Source: Escherichia phage KK4
Length of the DNA: 64,000 nucleotides
Reading direction: 5' to 3' (one strand)
Sequence record: OR327750.1
The notes below the pieces were generated by a model that saw nothing but the letters and a program-made list of their open reading frames with translations, searched no databases and was not told the DNA's origin. Every line of letters starts with the position of its first letter. Position 1 is the first letter of the stretch. The position numbers and the translations under genes are program-made. Shown one piece after another: positions 9,864 to 17,626 of this stretch.

Positions 9864-9891
9864 TAAAAAAAAAGGGAGCCCGAAGGCTCCC
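9864..9891 (-). terminator. rho-independent terminator after nucleotidyltransferase gene
   Basis: Hairpin GGGAGCC-ttcg-GGCTCCC then 9-nt U-run on minus strand. Confidence 0.7.
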
Positions 9892-9894
9892 TTA

Positions 9895-10908
9895 TCATTT
9901 ATAATAACTTCGGTGGTTTTCAAGATAAACCCTCTCAAGGAAGTCATCCCAAAAACCCATGTCTACTTTTTGCTGCATACCGTTCTTAGAAGCTTCAATG
10001 GATGCTGCTTCTACTTGATCGACCACATCTTCCAAAAACTCTTGAACAGTTTTAAATGGGTGTTTACCCAGCTTCACGTCGAGAATAAATGGAGCGTCTT
10101 GAAGTGGATAGACTAAGTCACCAGTTTTGTAAATTTCCAATAGTTGGAGTCCACCACGACAAGCATGACTCAGAGCTTTCCAGTCAATGCCCTCATTCGC
10201 TTCAGCCTTACGAGCACGTTCGCCGTATTCAGCATCTAATTTGTTCAGTGACTGCTTAAGCTCAATAAGAGAAAGTGTTGTCTGATATTTACGACCCAAC
10301 ACAGTGTAGAACGTTTGTGGACCGGTTTTCTCATGATTATGGAATACCCATTCACAGAATTCGTTCTCTGGAAGACGATGCTTAATATCTTCAACTTTAG
10401 TGCGACGCTGCTTAATGGAACCGTCTTCTTGATAATCAACCCACTGGTCAGGGATTTGATTAACTACTTTCAATACATCACGTAATGCGGCCAAACGAGA
10501 ACCCTTGACACCGTATTTAGAAGCTTGCTTGCGGACATATCCTAAATAGGATTTCATGTTAGTTGTATAAAACCGTGAACGATTGTCTTGGATAAATTTC
10601 CATACATCAGGTAAATCAGATTTAACCACTAGTTCAGGTGGAGTGTGGAGCATATCCAATGCTACAGTTTCACCATCTGCAGCTAATTTAAAGAAATACT
10701 TAAGACTGTATAGTTCATGGTCAATATCATCTTTAGTGTTTTTAGATGATGTGTTGTTCGTGTTTTTACTCATATGCTCTTTAACATTTCCGATAAGAAT
10801 ATCGCGAGCAGGAGGAACAAAGATTTCTTTAAAATCTACATCAGATTCTGGAGTAGAAGTTCCATAAAGATGACTACCAAAATAGCTTTTCATTACTGTT
10901 TTCATCAT
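9895..10908 (-). CDS. Pol-beta-superfamily nucleotidyltransferase-fold protein, 337 aa
   Basis: N-terminal FGSHLYGTSTPESDVDF fits hG[GS]x9-13DhDh; followed by minus-strand terminator. Confidence 0.55.
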   Translation of the reverse strand: MMKTVMKSYFGSHLYGTSTPESDVDFKEIFVPPARDILIGNVKEHMSKNTNNTSSKNTKDDIDHELYSLKYFFKLAADGETVALDMLHTPPELVVKSDLPDVWKFIQDNRSRFYTTNMKSYLGYVRKQASKYGVKGSRLAALRDVLKVVNQIPDQWVDYQEDGSIKQRRTKVEDIKHRLPENEFCEWVFHNHEKTGPQTFYTVLGRKYQTTLSLIELKQSLNKLDAEYGERARKAEANEGIDWKALSHACRGGLQLLEIYKTGDLVYPLQDAPFILDVKLGKHPFKTVQEFLEDVVDQVEAASIEASKNGMQQKVDMGFWDDFLERVYLENHRSYYK

Positions 10909-11366
10909 TCAGCCTTATATTCAATAACAGGACATACTTTAGCTTTACGCGCTTTTAAAAATTCGACGATAATAGATTTCTTTGGTTGAATAGGAGGTAA
11001 ACCTTTATACGCCCTATCAATATTTTCTACATGTAAAGCATAATCCTTTTTCCATTTATAATCTTTATATTTTTCATGCAGTTGTGCAGGAATAACAAAT
11101 GAACCAATAATAAGTAAAACAAGCAAAATAGCAAGTATAAATGCTGATGGAATAAGAGTCCATAAACTACCAAAAATAAGCCATTTCTGCATAATTTCTG
11201 CGCAGATGATAGTTAGACCTGCGAGTATAGTACATCCGAAAAAAGAAACGAAAAATGTAGGAATAACAATAGACCAAAAATACGCGCACAGTGTCTTAGG
11301 TCGTTTCCATTCATCATTAAACATTTTGAATAATTTATAGTGCCAAGAGCTTTCATTAATAATCAT
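10905..11366 (-). CDS. predicted multi-pass membrane protein, 153 aa
   Basis: Three hydrophobic segments; overlaps downstream gene start by 4 nt. Confidence 0.55.
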   Translation of the reverse strand: MIINESSWHYKLFKMFNDEWKRPKTLCAYFWSIVIPTFFVSFFGCTILAGLTIICAEIMQKWLIFGSLWTLIPSAFILAILLVLLIIGSFVIPAQLHEKYKDYKWKKDYALHVENIDRAYKGLPPIQPKKSIIVEFLKARKAKVCPVIEYKAE

Positions 11367-11368
11367 AA

Positions 11369-11890
11369 CTATCCTTTCATTGAAGGTGTAACAGTTGTTA
11401 AATACTTAATCATAGCTTCAGCTTCTGATTTTGATAATGAAATTTCTCCATTGTTTTGACGAATAGAAATAAAATCCGGATGACGATCACCACCAGCCTT
11501 TAAAACACACATATAAGTATCAGTTTCATCTTCAATATTTGAAATGATTGAAGCAGTTCCACATGAATGTGGTTTTTGATAAATCAATGCAGCTTTTCTT
11601 CCACCGTTTGACTGTTCATAAACTTTTAACACATCAAACAAATCACTTCTTTTATCAATAGCTAAGATGTTGTTTTCATCTTCAATGTTAAATCCTTCGG
11701 ATACTTCATAAAGTGTCACCCATAAATCACCTATATCGATAGTAGCATTTCCTTTTCCACGACTTTCAAGAATATGACAAATTTTCTTGATTTCGTCATA
11801 ACTCATTTTAATAATATCATCTCCTTGAATAAGGAAGATGTCATTTTTAAATTCAACACGAATTAAACCGCTTTCACTTGAAATAAACAT
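11369..11890 (-). CDS. hypothetical protein, 173 aa (paralog of next gene upstream)
   Basis: C-terminus ISLSKSEAEAMIKYLTTVTPSM resembles VTFTKDEAIALKTYLDSVIPTM of neighbour. Confidence 0.55.
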   Translation of the reverse strand: MFISSESGLIRVEFKNDIFLIQGDDIIKMSYDEIKKICHILESRGKGNATIDIGDLWVTLYEVSEGFNIEDENNILAIDKRSDLFDVLKVYEQSNGGRKAALIYQKPHSCGTASIISNIEDETDTYMCVLKAGGDRHPDFISIRQNNGEISLSKSEAEAMIKYLTTVTPSMKG

Positions 11891-11896
11891 ATTTCC

Positions 11897-12454
11897 TCAC
11901 TTTGAAATCATAGTTGGAATGACAGAATCAAGATAAGTCTTTAGCGCAATAGCTTCGTCTTTGGTAAATGTGACAATATGTGATCGAAAATCATCAATTT
12001 GACGAATAGTTAAGACATCTCCCTCTTCATAACATTTTGATACATTTAAAAGAGTTTCATCATTCTGATTGCAATCGTTAGTAATAATAGCATTGCAATT
12101 TTTGAGCCATTTTAAACTATGTTTTCTTTCATTAGAATAATAAAAATATTTAATCTTAGCTATAAAACTATCCCAATGAATAACTGATAAACACATTGAC
12201 TCACTTTTAATATTAAATCCTGGGCATGAAGAATAAAAATGAATTTTGTGCTCATCATTGATGCTTACTATTTTATCAGTATAAGGATATTCAATTTGGG
12301 TTAAATGAATGATTTCACTAGGCGTAAAATACAGCATATCGTCTTCTTGCGTCAAATGATACATGTTATTTACTTTTTCTATAGCCAATTCACCAAAAAG
12401 CGGACTAACTTCTAATACTAATCGTTTCATATTGATTCTCTTCGACTCACTCAC
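11897..12454 (-). CDS. hypothetical protein, 185 aa from GTG (177 aa from first ATG)
   Basis: GTG start preceded by AAAGGAG; paralog of 11369-11890. Confidence 0.5.
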   Translation of the reverse strand: MSESKRINMKRLVLEVSPLFGELAIEKVNNMYHLTQEDDMLYFTPSEIIHLTQIEYPYTDKIVSINDEHKIHFYSSCPGFNIKSESMCLSVIHWDSFIAKIKYFYYSNERKHSLKWLKNCNAIITNDCNQNDETLLNVSKCYEEGDVLTIRQIDDFRSHIVTFTKDEAIALKTYLDSVIPTMISK

Positions 12455-12456
12455 AA

Positions 12457-12561
12457 TTACATACTCCTTTGAATAATATCAATAATGTTGTTCACCAGAT
12501 TATAAGTAAACATTGGGTAATTATATTGAATCATCACATACACAACAAACAAAATTTTCAT
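12457..12561 (-). CDS. small hydrophobic peptide, 34 aa (below ORF-track cutoff)
   Basis: Manual translation MKILFVVYVMIQYNYPMFTYNLVNNIIDIIQRSM; AAGGAG then ATG directly after early promoter. Confidence 0.3.
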   Translation of the reverse strand: MKILFVVYVMIQYNYPMFTYNLVNNIIDIIQRSM

Positions 12562-12589
12562 TCTCTTCTCCTTGGCAGTTGACAAGATT

Positions 12590-12619
12590 ACTATACCATA
12601 ACCTTGCCAACTTGTAAAC
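12590..12619 (-). promoter_or_regulatory. T4-type early promoter
   Basis: GTTTAC-N18-TATAGT on minus strand, upstream of small ORF 12457-12561. Confidence 0.5.
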
Positions 12620-12621
12620 CA

Positions 12622-12795
12622 TTAAATGACGTTTTCAATAAAATTCTGAAGCTTTGTGTGAGCATCAACCATGATTTTCATTTCTTCCTTTGCGAAAGCT
12701 GTACCTCTTTCACGAGAAGAACACTCATAGTCAGAAACTGCATTAGCATATTCTTCAATTAGCTTCATTAAAAACATCTGCTTTTCAGTTTTCAT
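12622..12795 (-). CDS. hypothetical small protein, 57 aa (below ORF-track cutoff)
   Basis: Manual translation MKTEKQMFLMKLIEEYANAVSDYECSSRERGTAFAKEEMKIMVDAHTKLQNFIENVI; GGTGGA Shine-Dalgarno; coupled to upstream ORF. Confidence 0.35.
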   Translation of the reverse strand: MKTEKQMFLMKLIEEYANAVSDYECSSRERGTAFAKEEMKIMVDAHTKLQNFIENVI

Positions 12796-12979
12796 TATTC
12801 CACCTAATCATTTCAAGATATTGAACTAACTTAGCTTTGGATTTATCCAAATCCTTTTTAGCTGCTGCTATACCTTCGTATGAATATCCTTCGCAATGTT
12901 CAACTGCTAATTGATATGAATCTATTTCAACATCACGTGCTAATTTAATGATTTTTTCAAACTGTTCACGTGTCAGCAT
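12785..12979 (-). CDS. hypothetical protein, 64 aa
   Basis: Minus ORF, ATG start, tight spacing. Confidence 0.45.
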   Translation of the reverse strand: MLTREQFEKIIKLARDVEIDSYQLAVEHCEGYSYEGIAAAKKDLDKSKAKLVQYLEMIRWNNEN

Positions 12980-12981
12980 AC

Positions 12982-13185
12982 TTAAACTCTCGTATTGTGA
13001 TCGATAATTTCATCAAGAAACATATCTAAAGCTTCTACAGCATTATCAACTTTAGCTTCAAGTTCTTCAGCGCCTTTATTTGCAATGCCTGCCGAAAACC
13101 AAGCAAAGTCACTAAGTTCCTCGTCTGCTTTGCGAATTAAAGCTACCAATTCTTTAATTTTATCTGCTTGTTCGATACTAATCAT
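12982..13185 (-). CDS. hypothetical protein, 67 aa (start at MISIEQADK after GGTGGA)
   Basis: TAATG overlap with upstream stop. Confidence 0.45.
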   Translation of the reverse strand: MISIEQADKIKELVALIRKADEELSDFAWFSAGIANKGAEELEAKVDNAVEALDMFLDEIIDHNTRV

Positions 13186-13373
13186 TATTCCACCACATAT
13201 GAAAGAGAGAATATTGCACACGCCATATGAGTTGCAGCTTCATCACACATATCATAACGTTTCTTAAGAAGTTTTTCAAGTTCTTCACTGGTAACTTCAT
13301 CCATGTCGACGAAAAAATCACCATTAATGATGACGTAGATATTTCCTTCTTGATTAAGTGCTTCAATTTTCAT
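13185..13373 (-). CDS. hypothetical acidic protein, 62 aa (start at MKIEALNQ after GAGGAG)
   Basis: Longer ORF-track start lies inside the promoter cassette. Confidence 0.45.
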   Translation of the reverse strand: MKIEALNQEGNIYVIINGDFFVDMDEVTSEELEKLLKKRYDMCDEAATHMACAIFSLSYVVE

Positions 13374-13400
13374 GATGTTCTCCTCTTTATCCGATGGTTG

Positions 13401-13430
13401 TATAGTATCACAGCTCAAATGGAAAGTAAA
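13401..13430 (-). promoter_or_regulatory. T4-type early promoter
   Basis: GTTTAC-N18-TACTAT, downstream of terminator 13442-13463. Confidence 0.5.
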
Positions 13431-13441
13431 CCGGTAAAATG

Positions 13442-13463
13442 AAAAAAGTCTCCCGAAGGAGAC
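13442..13463 (-). terminator. rho-independent terminator
   Basis: Hairpin GTCTCC-ttcg-GGAGAC then U-run on minus strand. Confidence 0.65.
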
Positions 13464-13468
13464 TAATG

Positions 13469-13855
13469 TTATTCGAGTGAAAGAAGATATTTACTTTGAT
13501 AAAACATCCCGGTAATATCATCTATCGTACTTTGAATGGCTGGAGGCATTTCTTTGTAAATGCTGTTAGATTGGTCTAGTATGCGATCAATCATTTTAAT
13601 TGTGTCGGTAGGAAGTTTACTAGCATCTGGAATTGAAGGTGTGTATTTTCTACCAGAATACCCCAAATATTGCTCACCAAATTTATCAATCAAATCTGGT
13701 AACTCAGAGAAAATAAAATCGTATGCTTTGTGTCTAGCATAACTTTTAGTTTCAAAATGCGCAGAATGAAAATAAGCTTGTGCAGCCATTAATAAACCTA
13801 AGTATTCATCTGCCTTTGAAGGTTTTCCACTTTGTGAAAAGTCGCTGAATTTCAT
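13469..13855 (-). CDS. hypothetical protein, rI.-1-like by position
   Basis: 128 aa ORF immediately downstream of rI. Confidence 0.5.
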   Translation of the reverse strand: MKFSDFSQSGKPSKADEYLGLLMAAQAYFHSAHFETKSYARHKAYDFIFSELPDLIDKFGEQYLGYSGRKYTPSIPDASKLPTDTIKMIDRILDQSNSIYKEMPPAIQSTIDDITGMFYQSKYLLSLE

Positions 13856-14145
13856 TCAGTCTCCAATTTAATGTTCATAATTCTAGCGTATGATTGTGCC
13901 ATCTCCGCGCCTCGTTCTATACATTCAAAATCGGAAGAGCACGGGTCATTTTTATAGGTCGTTCGCATAAAACTATAGAACTGTTCAGATGATTCTACGC
14001 TTTTATTTTCAAAAAGCATATAAACATGTCTAATACCAGATTCCATAAATTTATCAAAATGAGGATCGACATTCGCTTCAATTGGCGGAGATAAAGCAAA
14101 CGCTAATCCTAGCATGGCAAATAGTGCCGTTGCTTTTAAGGCCAT
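13852..14145 (-). CDS. rI: lysis inhibition regulator RI (periplasmic antiholin)
   Basis: 97 aa with signal-anchor; MALKATALFAMLGL...NVDPHFDKFMESGIRHVYMLFENKS matches T4 RI from memory. Confidence 0.85.
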   Translation of the reverse strand: MALKATALFAMLGLAFALSPPIEANVDPHFDKFMESGIRHVYMLFENKSVESSEQFYSFMRTTYKNDPCSSDFECIERGAEMAQSYARIMNIKLETE

Positions 14146-14157
14146 AAAGGCCTCCTA

Positions 14158-14370
14158 TCATTTTTGTCCTGTATTTACTTTATGCCGATGCACGGCCTTA
14201 ACTTTATCAAGGTATTTTTCAAAATTTCGCAATCTAGTATAGTCTGCCGGAGATTGGTTGAGTGATACTTCTCGACGCAAAGCTGAAATGATATTTCCAA
14301 CTTCCCTACGAATTTCATCTAATTGAAGAACAGTAAGATTGCGAAGTTGCTTTTCAGTTAATTGTAGCAT
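14158..14370 (-). CDS. hypothetical protein, rI.1-like by position
   Basis: 70 aa; late-promoter motif upstream. Confidence 0.5.
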
Positions 14371-14395
14371 ATATACCCCTTTAGTTAGATAAACC

Positions 14396-14403
14396 TATTT
14401 ATA
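14396..14403 (-). promoter_or_regulatory. T4 late promoter motif TATAAATA
   Basis: Exact octamer on minus strand 26 nt upstream of the ATG at 14370. Confidence 0.4.
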
Positions 14404-14412
14404 ACTTTTGCA

Positions 14413-14994
14413 CTAACCGAGCTTTTTAGTTAATTCATTCCAATGTTTTCTACACAAAGAAACATAAATTTCATCACCAATACAGATTTGATTACCTTCT
14501 TTAACTGGTGTTCCATCTTCCATTAATCGAGCTGTCATAATCGCTTTTTTACCACAATGACAAACTGCTTTTAGTTCAATAAGTTTATCTGCAATTGCCA
14601 AAAGTTCTTTAGAACCTTCAAATAATTTTCCAGCGAAATCAGTCCTTAGTCCATAAGCCATAACAGGAACATTATATGTATCGACAATTCGGCTTAATTG
14701 ATGTACCTGTTCAGTTTTTAAAAACTGAGCTTCATCTACAAATACACAATGAATATCTTTTTGTGCTTCAGCCCATTTATAGAACTCAAAAATATCCATA
14801 TCATCCGTAATAATATTCGCTTCCTGTTTAATTCCAATGCGAGAAACGACTTCACAGACAGAATCGCGAGTATCAATAGCAGGCTTAAGAACTAATACAC
14901 TCATTCCGCGCTCTTTATAATTATGCGCAGCAGTCAAAAGAGAAGCAGATTTTCCAGCATTCATTGCTGCATAAGTAAAAATTAAACTCGCCAT
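14413..14994 (-). CDS. tk: thymidine kinase
   Basis: 193 aa; P-loop MNAGKS and CxxC...CxxH zinc motif typical of type II thymidine kinase. Confidence 0.9.
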   Translation of the reverse strand: MASLIFTYAAMNAGKSASLLTAAHNYKERGMSVLVLKPAIDTRDSVCEVVSRIGIKQEANIITDDMDIFEFYKWAEAQKDIHCVFVDEAQFLKTEQVHQLSRIVDTYNVPVMAYGLRTDFAGKLFEGSKELLAIADKLIELKAVCHCGKKAIMTARLMEDGTPVKEGNQICIGDEIYVSLCRKHWNELTKKLG

Positions 14995-15003
14995 ATCACC
15001 TTC

Positions 15004-15189
15004 TTAAAGCGTATTCACATAAGCTATTAATTCGTTTTCTTTCTTATCAAACCGGTCAGCAAATTCTTCTTGCTGATCGGGAGATAGCGGGCCATATTCA
15101 TCATAAAAGGTGTTTGCTTCTGTATGCTCATCTAGAAGTTCATGGATAAGCTCAAACAATTTATCTTTTTGTTCTTTACTCAGACTCAT
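15004..15189 (-). CDS. hypothetical acidic protein, 61 aa
   Basis: Minus ORF in tk-regB interval. Confidence 0.45.
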   Translation of the reverse strand: MSLSKEQKDKLFELIHELLDEHTEANTFYDEYGPLSPDQQEEFADRFDKKENELIAYVNTL

Positions 15190-15359
15190 ATATTAATTTC
15201 CAGAAGTTTTAAAATAATTCGCTTTTGCTTAAATATTTCCATAGTTAAATGATCAGTATCTTTTTGACCAATTCCGATGGCAAAACCTTTATTAACAGCG
15301 AGTTCAATTAAATTATCAAGCTCACGTAACACTTCATATTGTAACTCAGAACTATTCAT
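15186..15359 (-). CDS. hypothetical protein, 57 aa (below ORF-track cutoff)
   Basis: Manual translation MNSSELQYEVLRELDNLIELAVNKGFAIGIGQKDTDHLTMEIFKQKRIILKLLEINI; ATGA overlaps at both ends. Confidence 0.35.
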   Translation of the reverse strand: MNSSELQYEVLRELDNLIELAVNKGFAIGIGQKDTDHLTMEIFKQKRIILKLLEINI

Positions 15360-15562
15360 TTTGGTTTACCTTCTTTAACAAAATCGGGATAAGGATAAAA
15401 TCCTGAATAAAATCCTTCACCTTTATGATTAATGCATCCTTTATTAGAGCAATAGCACCAATAATCGAAATCACAAGCCATTTCATCATTGCATAAAGCA
15501 AAAACAACTGGCCATTTACACTTTTCACAATGTGCATTTTTAAGAATGCTAGTTTGGCTCAT
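15356..15562 (-). CDS. Cys-rich putative zinc-binding protein, 68 aa
   Basis: HCEKCKW...CNDEMACDFDYWCYCSNKGC; ATGA overlap with upstream stop. Confidence 0.45.
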   Translation of the reverse strand: MSQTSILKNAHCEKCKWPVVFALCNDEMACDFDYWCYCSNKGCINHKGEGFYSGFYPYPDFVKEGKPK

Positions 15563-15771
15563 AACCATGTAACCTTTAAGCAATATTCTTCTACATGCTG
15601 TTTACGACCTTTCTTATCAATAAAGGTATATTCAACGAATGTTCCAATATAGTCTTTATCTACATCATGTGGACTATTAATTGGGCATTTAGTACGGCAA
15701 ATGCGTTCCCATTGACGAATAATTTCTGCTTTGTTTTTAGGATCAAACGGATGCGGGTAATGTGCTTTCAT
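15559..15771 (-). CDS. hypothetical protein, 70 aa
   Basis: Overlaps 3-prime end of macro-domain gene by 29 nt in another frame. Confidence 0.4.
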   Translation of the reverse strand: MKAHYPHPFDPKNKAEIIRQWERICRTKCPINSPHDVDKDYIGTFVEYTFIDKKGRKQHVEEYCLKVTWL

Positions 15772-16222
15772 AATCCACCACTATTAAATCAATATCAGGA
15801 GTAAACATGTCGATTAATTTAGAAACCTTATCCCAATCACCGCCAGCAATACCACAACCTATGCGTGGAATGTAAATTACCGGTTTAAACAAAAGGGTTT
15901 CTGCCTGTAGATTTAATTCTATCATGCAGTTTACTAAAGCACCATAATCAAAATTAGGACCCGGTTCGTATTGCGTATACAAATTATAGCACATACTAAA
16001 TCCTGTAGGATTATGTTTAAAAACAATAGACATATCGCCTAATTTATCACGAGAACCGTACTCGGTAGTAGTTTTATCTATTTCTAAAATTTTGGGATAG
16101 GCTCTTGCTAATTGACCTGCTACGCCAGAGCCCATTGTGTGGAAGCAATTGCACCCGTGCGCAATAATATTACCTTGAAGAAATAGGGCGACAATATCGC
16201 CCTTGATATATTTTACAATCAT
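15743..16222 (-). CDS. macro-domain protein (ADP-ribose binding/processing fold)
   Basis: GDIVALFLQGNIIAHGCNCFHTMGSGVAGQLARAYP and PRIGCGIAGGDW resemble macrodomain glycine-rich phosphate-binding loops. Confidence 0.6.
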   Translation of the reverse strand: MIVKYIKGDIVALFLQGNIIAHGCNCFHTMGSGVAGQLARAYPKILEIDKTTTEYGSRDKLGDMSIVFKHNPTGFSMCYNLYTQYEPGPNFDYGALVNCMIELNLQAETLLFKPVIYIPRIGCGIAGGDWDKVSKLIDMFTPDIDLIVVDYESTLPASV

Positions 16223-16560
16223 CTAGTACTCAATCCTCGATTATAAGAATCTACTAAACGGTCAACCATTGAATGACAAGCGGCTTTATCTTTCTCCTCC
16301 GCAACTGAACATTCTAAGGTATTCCACTTTTTAGCATATCGTTTTAATAAAGTATCGTTCTTGTATCTGCTTGATTTATCTCTTTCTCCGTCTTTATATG
16401 CATATATTAATTTCTGCGCAAATTCAGCTTGGCATGCTTTATTTTTCCCGCAATAATCCGCGGCAGTACGGTTTACATACTCTCTAATTTCAGTATATGA
16501 TGTATTTGCTAACGCAGAAAATGAAATTAATCCTATACATAAAACCAAAATTTTAGTCAT
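16219..16560 (-). CDS. secreted small protein with signal peptide, 113 aa
   Basis: N-terminus MTKILVLCIGLISFSALANTS; four Cys. Confidence 0.5.
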   Translation of the reverse strand: MTKILVLCIGLISFSALANTSYTEIREYVNRTAADYCGKNKACQAEFAQKLIYAYKDGERDKSSRYKNDTLLKRYAKKWNTLECSVAEEKDKAACHSMVDRLVDSYNRGLSTR

Positions 16561-17098
16561 TTACTATTTCCAAAAGTTTATTATTTTTAAGGTAGTTAGC
16601 CTTTTCTAGGACTTCAGAAGCATATTTAGAACCTGCTTTAACATTCCATCCCGAATTATAAGAGGATATTGCCTTTCTTATATCACCCTTATGTATATTT
16701 AACCAATAAGAAAGTTCAATGTACGCCCAGGAAGCTGAATTGGACCGTTTATTCAACATTCTTTTTATTTCGGCATCGGTCATATTATAACCAAGTTCCT
16801 TAACTCTTGCTCGCATGGTCGGCAAATAATTTTGGAACATTCCGTAGGCATGATGCTTTGGTTTAGATTTTAAATTAACTCCAGCAGAGCTTTCTTGCCA
16901 TAAAATAGCAGCCATTATATGACCCAATCCGCTCTTATGGATATTTTTGTGTGTTTTATATTTTCCATCCTTAGAAAATTGTTCCCCGAATTGATACGCG
17001 TAACGCATGTTATCGAGTTGGACATTACTGAAAGTATGCTCGGAGCTATGTGCCATCATTGAAATGGCCAATAGACCAGCGAGTAGTGCTTTTCTCAT
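16553..17098 (-). CDS. secreted lytic-transglycosylase-like protein (SLT domain)
   Basis: Signal peptide MRKALLAGLLAISMMAHS; WQESSAG, YGMFQ and SSYNSGWN fit SLT catalytic-Glu and family motifs. Confidence 0.55.
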   Translation of the reverse strand: MRKALLAGLLAISMMAHSSEHTFSNVQLDNMRYAYQFGEQFSKDGKYKTHKNIHKSGLGHIMAAILWQESSAGVNLKSKPKHHAYGMFQNYLPTMRARVKELGYNMTDAEIKRMLNKRSNSASWAYIELSYWLNIHKGDIRKAISSYNSGWNVKAGSKYASEVLEKANYLKNNKLLEIVND

Positions 17099-17105
17099 GC
17101 TTACC

Positions 17106-17567
17106 TCATTGAGTTTTAATTACTGCTTTAGAAGCCTTTCCTGGTAAACGACGACTGTTGATAATTGCCATCCTGCATTGAAGTGACGGGTCTTTGAACT
17201 TCTCGTTAGGTTTACAAACTGTAAATCCAAGCCAAAGATTTCCATCTGTGATTTCTAAACGCCCAGGACGATATTCAATCCCATCAATAAAATCCTCATC
17301 AATATCAGGGCGTGGAGGCATACTCAAGAATTCATTAACTTCTAAAACATGGTCTTTTATTTTATGGAATAATTCAAAAACATATGTCTCATCAATCTCC
17401 CGTTGAATTGCACGATCAAGAAGATGCTGAGAATATTTTAGATGAAACGATGAGACCCCTGCTGCTTTTGATGCCTCACGAATCTCATTGTTAATTTGAC
17501 GAAACTCCGACTCAAAGTGACGACGGAGCTTATTTCGACGGATAAAAACTTCTGTGTTGATAGTCAT
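17106..17567 (-). CDS. regB: endoribonuclease RegB
   Basis: 153 aa, MTINTEVFIRRNKLRRHFESEFRQINNEIREASKAAG... matches T4 RegB from memory; consensus early promoter upstream. Confidence 0.9.
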   Translation of the reverse strand: MTINTEVFIRRNKLRRHFESEFRQINNEIREASKAAGVSSFHLKYSQHLLDRAIQREIDETYVFELFHKIKDHVLEVNEFLSMPPRPDIDEDFIDGIEYRPGRLEITDGNLWLGFTVCKPNEKFKDPSLQCRMAIINSRRLPGKASKAVIKTQ

Positions 17568-17594
17568 GTTATTCTCCTCTTAACTGATAGAAAA

Positions 17595-17624
17595 ATTATA
17601 CCACAGTCAAGAGGAAAAGTAAAC
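17595..17624 (-). promoter_or_regulatory. early promoter of regB
   Basis: GTTTAC-N18-TATAAT (consensus -10), ~28 nt upstream of regB ATG. Confidence 0.65.
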
Positions 17625-17626
17625 AG

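Noticed and set aside
9776-9947. N-terminal extension of the ATPase ORF (ORF-track start at 9947)
   Set aside because: Extension reads through the early-promoter cassette and terminator; similar extensions at 24013-24133 and 25405-25582 translate the same promoter sequence. Internal ATG with Shine-Dalgarno chosen instead
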